From: a virus | Lineage: Duplodnaviria > Heunggongvirae > Uroviricota > Caudoviricetes | Virus record (IMG/VR): IMGVR_UViG_3300032205_000001 | Coordinates: 44,218-108,217 of that record | Length of the DNA: 64,000 nucleotides | Strand: one strand, 5' to 3' | Part shown: positions 59,566 to 64,000 of the stretch, piece by piece | Layout: each line of letters begins with the position of its first letter | How positions within the stretch are numbered: the first letter of the stretch is position 1 | Notes under the pieces: generated by a model | What the model was told of the DNA's origin: nothing | The model's input: only the letters and a program-made list of their open reading frames with translations | Databases searched by the model: none | Program-made: the position numbers and the translations under genes

Positions 59566-59931
59566 ATGAGAGTTGCTATTGTAGGCTCAAGAGGTTACTC
59601 AGACCTGGACGCTGTGGTCGATTACGTTAATTCCTTGCCCGAAGACACCGTGGTGATCTCGGGCGGCGCAAAAGGAGTAGACCAAGCCGCAGAGACTGCG
59701 GCCAGGCGTCGAGGTCTTGAGATGGTCGTCCATTTGGCCGACTGGGAGGCTTTTGGCAAAGCGGCAGGCCAAATTCGCAACCAAAAGGTCGTTGATGACT
59801 GTGAGAAATTGGTGGCCTTTTGGGATGGCGTAAGTCCTGGCACAAAAGGAGCAATTTCGATGGCTTCTAAGGCTGGGAAGCTGGAAAAGGTCTTCAGAGA
59901 GAAGAACCCAAACCAAGGGTCGCTCTTTTAG
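59566..59931 (+). CDS. DUF2493 / SLOG-family Rossmann-fold protein
   Basis: RVAIVGSRGYSD...VVISGGAKGVDQAAETAARRRG...AGQIRNQKVVDDCEKLVAFWDGVSPGTKG matches the DUF2493 (SLOG) pattern. Confidence 0.5.
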   Translation: MRVAIVGSRGYSDLDAVVDYVNSLPEDTVVISGGAKGVDQAAETAARRRGLEMVVHLADWEAFGKAAGQIRNQKVVDDCEKLVAFWDGVSPGTKGAISMASKAGKLEKVFREKNPNQGSLF

Positions 59932-59935
59932 AGTA

Positions 59936-59973
59936 TTGACAATTCTTTTGTTAAGAAAAATAATCCAACTGTG
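59936..59973 (+). promoter_or_regulatory. leaderless promoter TTGACAAT-N17-AATAAT-N6-GTG
   Basis: Best match to sigma-70 consensus in the window. Confidence 0.5.
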
Positions 59974-60189
59974 AGCTACTCTCAGAGAGACATGAAATGG
60001 ATGGCGCTAGGCGAAATCGGCGCCTTCGTTGTAGGTCTCGCAGTTGCCATCTTCGCCGTGATGTTCTTCAGCGATCTAATCACGCCCATGAAGATTGCGG
60101 TTTTTCTGGCTGCCTGGTTTCAGGCGACCAAGCTTGGCCTCTGGTTCATTCACCTCGGCTATGACCCGAAGGCGAACCAGACCTCATGA
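59971..60189 (+). CDS. small membrane protein (72 aa, leaderless GTG start)
   Basis: TTGACA-N17-AATAAT-N6-GTG; two hydrophobic helices. Confidence 0.4.
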   Translation: MSYSQRDMKWMALGEIGAFVVGLAVAIFAVMFFSDLITPMKIAVFLAAWFQATKLGLWFIHLGYDPKANQTS

Positions 60190-60257
60190 TTTGAGTTACC
60201 GTTGGCAACTTTGACCAACGGATGATTACGTGGTAACGCAACAGAGGAGACAGAGCT

Positions 60258-60722
60258 ATGAAGAAGAAAGACGAAGTCGAGGTTATTCTGGACGGGCTGC
60301 GCCCGGCAATCACGCTTCAGCTGGAGAAGATCCGGCATGACGCAGCTGTCAAGGCGCACAGCAATGTGGTTTCTCAGCTGCAGAAGGCTGGCGTCAACCT
60401 GACCGGCAAGGCAACCGCAGCAGCTCCGGTCAAGCGTGGCCCTGGTCGGCCCCGCAAGAACCCGCAGCCCGAGGCCGTCGCAGCTCCGGTCAAGCGGAAG
60501 CCTGGTCGCCCCCGCAAGAACCCGCTCCCAGAGACGGTGGCTGCGTCTGCCGACAAGCCCAAGAAGAAGGCCAAGGCGAAGCGTGTTCTCTCCGAGGACG
60601 CGCGCAAGAAGCTGGCTGCGAATCTGGCCAAGGCTCGTGAGGCCAAGGCTGCCAAGGCGAAGCCGGCGAAGCGGAAGACCAAGGAGTCGTCCGAGGCTGC
60701 CGCAGCTCCTGCCCAGGCTTAA
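60258..60722 (+). CDS. AT-hook DNA-binding protein (two PGRPRKNP motifs, Lys/Ala-rich tail)
   Basis: KRGPGRPRKNPQPE and KRKPGRPRKNPLPE are encoded by a 60-nt tandem repeat; histone-H1-like AKAKPAKRK tail. Confidence 0.5.
   Translation: MKKKDEVEVILDGLRPAITLQLEKIRHDAAVKAHSNVVSQLQKAGVNLTGKATAAAPVKRGPGRPRKNPQPEAVAAPVKRKPGRPRKNPLPETVAASADKPKKKAKAKRVLSEDARKKLAANLAKAREAKAAKAKPAKRKTKESSEAAAAPAQA
60418..60537 (+). repeat. 60-nt tandem direct repeat x2 inside the AT-hook gene
   Basis: CAGCTCCGGTCAAGCG(T/G)...CCCCGCAAGAACCCGC repeated in phase. Confidence 0.6.
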
Positions 60723-60725
60723 CGC

Positions 60726-60911
60726 ATGGGACGCAGGCCAGCGGCAGACGTCGAGGAGAACCTGACGTATCGCCAGGTGGAGGAGTTCGTCTCCGGTATC
60801 GGAAAACGAATTCCAGGACTCAAGACCCTTAAGGTCGACGTCTCCGAGGACGGTTCTGTCTCCTTCGAATTCGAAGTCATTCGAGTCATCGGCGGCAAGG
60901 GCAAGGTCTAG
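60726..60911 (+). CDS. hypothetical protein (61 aa)
   Basis: ORF track; followed by a bidirectional terminator. Confidence 0.35.
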   Translation: MGRRPAADVEENLTYRQVEEFVSGIGKRIPGLKTLKVDVSEDGSVSFEFEVIRVIGGKGKV

Positions 60912-60933
60912 CCACCAAGTTGGCCGAAAACGA

Positions 60934-60962
60934 AAAGGCCCTAGCGATTTGCTAGGGCCTTT
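60934..60962. terminator. bidirectional intrinsic terminator AAAGGCCCTAGC-gattt-GCTAGGGCCTTT
   Basis: 12-bp perfect stem flanked by A and T tracts, between convergent genes. Confidence 0.65.
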
Positions 60963-61746
60963 AGTCGTTGCCGGCGTTGTTGCGTGCCCACGGGTAGTAC
61001 TCGCGCTTGGCTTGGACCTGCGCAAACGTTGGCGCAGATCGATCGACAAGAACGAGCGCCGTCAAACGGCCACCGAACACGCATCCCGTGTCGATTCCAT
61101 AACAGCCGTAGCCGTCATGGAGGTCGACGCGGGGATCTTCTCGGCTGTGAACAGCATGGCCGTAGATGACATTCTCTGGACCGCTCCAGCGCGTTCCCCA
61201 CGGCACGGCGCCGGGCACCGACTCCAGGGGGTTCTTGTGGTTCGAGGCCATCTTCCCGGTGACCGGATCGACATCACGAACACGACAGACCGTATCTTTG
61301 GCTTGGCCGTCTGGCCGAGTGCCATCGCATTCGAATCCAGCGTGAACGACGAGCCACGTCGGACTGTCGTGCCCCAAACCGATGGTCTTGGGCATTGCTC
61401 GAAGGAAGTTGATGTCTTCGTCCGAGAGGGCCATGTGCTCTTGCATGCGCTGCTCATCGAACCGCCGCATGGGGTTCTTCTTTGCCTCGCCTGACTTGAT
61501 ACGGTCCTCCCAGTTGCGCCAGCGGATGTGCTTCTCCTCGTGGTTGCCCATGACGCAGGAAGCTCCCAGCTCGCGCGCACGACGAACGCAGCCGACAGGG
61601 TCGGGGCCCCGATCGACAAGGTCTCCTGCGAAGACGAGGCAATCCTTCATGCCGTCCTCGCGGTATTCTACGACCTTGAGCAGCTCGTTCAGCTCCTCAA
61701 GGCATCCGTGGACGTCTCCAACTACTATGTACCTTTCGTAATTCAC
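60961..61746 (-). CDS. PPP-family Ser/Thr protein phosphatase (calcineurin-like metallophosphoesterase)
   Basis: GDVHG...GDLVDRGPD...GNHE metallophosphatase motifs I-III. Confidence 0.75.
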   Translation of the reverse strand: MNYERYIVVGDVHGCLEELNELLKVVEYREDGMKDCLVFAGDLVDRGPDPVGCVRRARELGASCVMGNHEEKHIRWRNWEDRIKSGEAKKNPMRRFDEQRMQEHMALSDEDINFLRAMPKTIGLGHDSPTWLVVHAGFECDGTRPDGQAKDTVCRVRDVDPVTGKMASNHKNPLESVPGAVPWGTRWSGPENVIYGHAVHSREDPRVDLHDGYGCYGIDTGCVFGGRLTALVLVDRSAPTFAQVQAKREYYPWARNNAGND

Positions 61747-61880
61747 TTTCGTTCTCTTCTCTAGCTACAGCTAGTTCGTTGAAAAATTTCATTTTGCTCC
61801 CGAAAAAACTGAAGCCGCCAGGTGTTACCCTGACGGCCCCGGAACGCTCTTCTACCCTTGGTAGATGCGCAGGTCTTGTT

Positions 61881-62234
61881 CTAACCGATGAAGCGGTAGA
61901 TAGCAACGGTCACGTTGGATGGAACGATTGGGGCGCCGTCCGGGTTGACGATCATCAGCTCGTTATTGCTGTCGAGATAGTCGACCGCTACTTCGTCGTT
62001 CCGGTGAAGCATCAGGAGCGCGTCCTTCACGACCTGGGATGCCGGGTAGTAGTTGCCGGAATCCTTACCGGGCTCGCCGTGATCGGTCACCAGGCGAGTC
62101 CTGGTTGCGCTGTGGAGGCGAGTGAAAACCTGGATCGCAGTGACCCAAGCAGGCGTCTTGCGCTTGCCGTGGAATGCCTGGCTGATGACGGTACGAACTT
62201 CGTCGAGAATTGCTTCGGCGGTGATCTTTGACAT
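61881..62234 (-). CDS. hypothetical protein (117 aa)
   Basis: ORF track. Confidence 0.4.
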   Translation of the reverse strand: MSKITAEAILDEVRTVISQAFHGKRKTPAWVTAIQVFTRLHSATRTRLVTDHGEPGKDSGNYYPASQVVKDALLMLHRNDEVAVDYLDSNNELMIVNPDGAPIVPSNVTVAIYRFIG

Positions 62235-62246
62235 TGGTCTCCCTTG

Positions 62247-62480
62247 TTAGTCGCTCAGGTCAATTCCAAGAGGATTTTCTCTGAGGCTGAACCCGAGGCT
62301 GGCGATTTCGCCGCCCTTGATGCCGTGAAGTGCAATGTAGTGACGCGGAACGTTGTAGGTTTTGTTGCCGACGGTCACGGCGATGAATTCGCCGAGCTTT
62401 TTGATCATGCGCTCGACTTGCTCTTGAGCCGCCGGATCACTGTAGTGGAGCGGTTTCCCGCAGTGGCACATCTTGGTCAT
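62247..62480 (-). CDS. hypothetical protein (77 aa, HCGKPLHY zinc motif?)
   Basis: ORF track. Confidence 0.4.
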   Translation of the reverse strand: MTKMCHCGKPLHYSDPAAQEQVERMIKKLGEFIAVTVGNKTYNVPRHYIALHGIKGGEIASLGFSLRENPLGIDLSD

Positions 62481-63589
62481 GCAGCGCGCAGCTGAGTCAT
62501 GTTGGCGATGCGCAGGAAGTCCTGTTCGTTCGCTTCCAGAAGGAGCTTCTGTGCCAGCATCTGGTCCTCGTACGGCAGCCGGCTGTCGGCGTGGATGCAG
62601 TAGCGGCGGACCGGCTGGCCGTCAGCTCCGAGGAGCTTCACGTTGCCGGCGTAGCCGTGCTCGATGCGGTACGTCTTCTGCGAACCATCCTGGCTGTGGA
62701 CAGTCAGGTCGAAGTAATTCTTCTCGTCGAGCTGCTTCTGCTGCATCGGGTTCAGCATCGAGAACAGGAGACGACGGGCCCTGCTCTTGGCGGTGTCCGT
62801 GAAGACCTTCCGCTCTGCGGCCTCACGCTCGCGCTGCTGACGAGCCAGCTCTTCCCTGGCCCTGCGCTCGACCAACTGCTCTGGCGTCTCCTTAGCGACC
62901 ACAGAGGGCGTCCAGCGGACCTTGTGGTGGTTGCATTGCTGCCAGCCCGAGGTCCGCCACACAGCGTTTGCCGCCGCTGTGCATTGGTCGGCAATCCAAC
63001 CGTAGGTGTTGGTCGTCGACGAATTCGTCACCGCCCAGCTGTCGCTTGGGATGGTTAGGACATTCGTCGTGCCTGACGTCCCGGTTGTTACCCAGGTTCG
63101 GAAGACGCGATCTTGCATGATCTTCATTGCGACCTGCTGCGCCCAGTGCTGAACCTCGGCGTTCATGGTCGTTCCTGTTGTTGAAGTGGTTGTGACTCGA
63201 ACGTTCTGAACGAGACCGTAGTAGTCGTCTTCTTCGATCTCGTATTCGACCGATTCGACGCCGGCAGGTGCTGGCGGAATTGACGACACGGGCCCGCGAT
63301 CTAGTCCATCGTAGATGGGTGCCGCGATGTTCTCGATGAAGGTTCCAGGTTGGAGGAGCTGGGATCGTTCCAGGCTCGCACGTTGAGCATCGAGGTTTGC
63401 TTCGCCTGCAGCAAGTCGTTGTAGCTCGACGTCAGGAGAAACTGGCTCTACTTGTGGAAGCTGGTCTGTAACGGTGACAGACCTAAGGTTTCTGACCGGA
63501 CCTCCGTCAGAGACATCGTTGTCCACGAATTCTAGATCGACGGCCGGCAGCGGCTGTGGCTGCGCCCGAGCTAGACCGAAGGTTGGCAT
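62477..63589 (-). CDS. hypothetical protein (370 aa, Thr-rich central region, Arg/Glu coiled-coil)
   Basis: ORF track. Confidence 0.5.
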   Translation of the reverse strand: MPTFGLARAQPQPLPAVDLEFVDNDVSDGGPVRNLRSVTVTDQLPQVEPVSPDVELQRLAAGEANLDAQRASLERSQLLQPGTFIENIAAPIYDGLDRGPVSSIPPAPAGVESVEYEIEEDDYYGLVQNVRVTTTSTTGTTMNAEVQHWAQQVAMKIMQDRVFRTWVTTGTSGTTNVLTIPSDSWAVTNSSTTNTYGWIADQCTAAANAVWRTSGWQQCNHHKVRWTPSVVAKETPEQLVERRAREELARQQREREAAERKVFTDTAKSRARRLLFSMLNPMQQKQLDEKNYFDLTVHSQDGSQKTYRIEHGYAGNVKLLGADGQPVRRYCIHADSRLPYEDQMLAQKLLLEANEQDFLRIANMTQLRAA

Positions 63590-63590
63590 C

Positions 63591-63890
63591 TCAGCCTCCG
63601 GCGACCGGCGGCACGAGAATCATCTTCCCGGCTTCCGGGTTGAATTCCCGAATCTGCTCGCCCTTGTCACCAGAGTCGGTGACTTTGAATGCCAGATACT
63701 TCTTCTTCTTGACCAGGTCGTCGAAGGAACGACGCGCGTCCTCCACCTCGTCCCTGTTTGCGGCGTTCCACACCTTCTTGATGTCGCCGTAGCCACTGAG
63801 GACCGAAATCATGATTTGACCAGGCTCAGGCTGGTCAGGGAGGTCAGGTGACCAGCCGTCCTTGGTCAGGTCAGTACCGAGCGTTTCCAT
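63591..63890 (-). CDS. hypothetical protein (99 aa)
   Basis: ORF track; CGATTGTCAAGG (-35-like) at 63961-63972 on the minus strand. Confidence 0.45.
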   Translation of the reverse strand: METLGTDLTKDGWSPDLPDQPEPGQIMISVLSGYGDIKKVWNAANRDEVEDARRSFDDLVKKKKYLAFKVTDSGDKGEQIREFNPEAGKMILVPPVAGG

Positions 63891-64000
63891 CTTGTCTCCA
63901 TCGTTGGGCGGTCAGCGCGCCCGCATCAAGGTTGAGGTGCCACTCCGCCAGAGTGGCCAGCGATTGTCAAGGTTCTTTGAGGCGCTTGACGTACTCATCT

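Noticed and set aside
1-64000. CRISPR array, rRNA genes, integrase, transposase or IS elements
   Set aside because: No regularly spaced direct repeats with unique spacers were seen, and there are no long ORF-free GC-typical rRNA stretches. None of the ORFs shows recombinase (R..H..R..Y), DDE or serine-recombinase signatures. The repeated palindromes are hairpins at gene ends, not CRISPR repeats.
63891-64000. Promoter call for CGATTGTCAAGG at 63961-63972
   Set aside because: It lies about 75 nt from the start of gene 63591..63890 and at the window edge, so its target and strand cannot be established.

Overview
This is a 64 kb window of a high-GC, very gene-dense tailed-phage or prophage genome. 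Supporting features are overlapping ATGA/GTGA gene junctions, an endolysin, a collagen-like tail-fibre gene cluster and many tiny ORFs. I found no capsid, portal or terminase genes, no integrase or transposase, and no rRNA or CRISPR array. All coordinates are ORF-anchored or hand-counted from the printed sequence and may be off by 1–2 nt.

- 1–12 kb: an accessory arm of small genes of unknown function on alternating strands. Pairs of outward-facing genes share a conserved ~70 bp divergent promoter cassette (CAT-N6-ACTACAAcc-N14-TTTTCAGAGAAAA-N14-ggTTGTAGT-N6-ATG). Convergent gene ends share a sequence-conserved palindromic hairpin, GGAAAACTC-nn-GAGTTTTCC, often next to a GCGCAAGCGCTTGCGC palindrome. 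The arm also holds two paralogous ECF-like sigma factors, a HicA-like gene and a cassette-driven tRNA-like non-coding element.
- 11.9–12.7 kb: a divergent control region with back-to-back promoters of the form TTGACAAT-N17-hexamer-N6-start (leaderless). It is followed by an AT-rich stretch with CCAATAGG repeats that looks like an origin or regulatory switch.
- 12–45 kb: a rightward operon of roughly 100 translationally coupled small genes. Recognisable products include a NADAR protein, a minimal CCA/polyA-type nucleotidyltransferase with an NT5C-like nucleotidase, an SPFH/Band-7 protein, a DGQHR ParB-like protein, an RNase H-like protein, DUF1653 and an endolysin. There are also a 450-nt ORF-free structured region and a lone minus-strand micro-ORF.
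- 45–64 kb, on mixed strands: a J-domain protein; a six-gene tail-fibre/receptor-binding cluster containing three paralogues with variable cores; DHFR; a GNAT-like protein; a SLOG/DUF2493 protein; an AT-hook protein with a 60-nt tandem repeat; and a PPP-family phosphatase.
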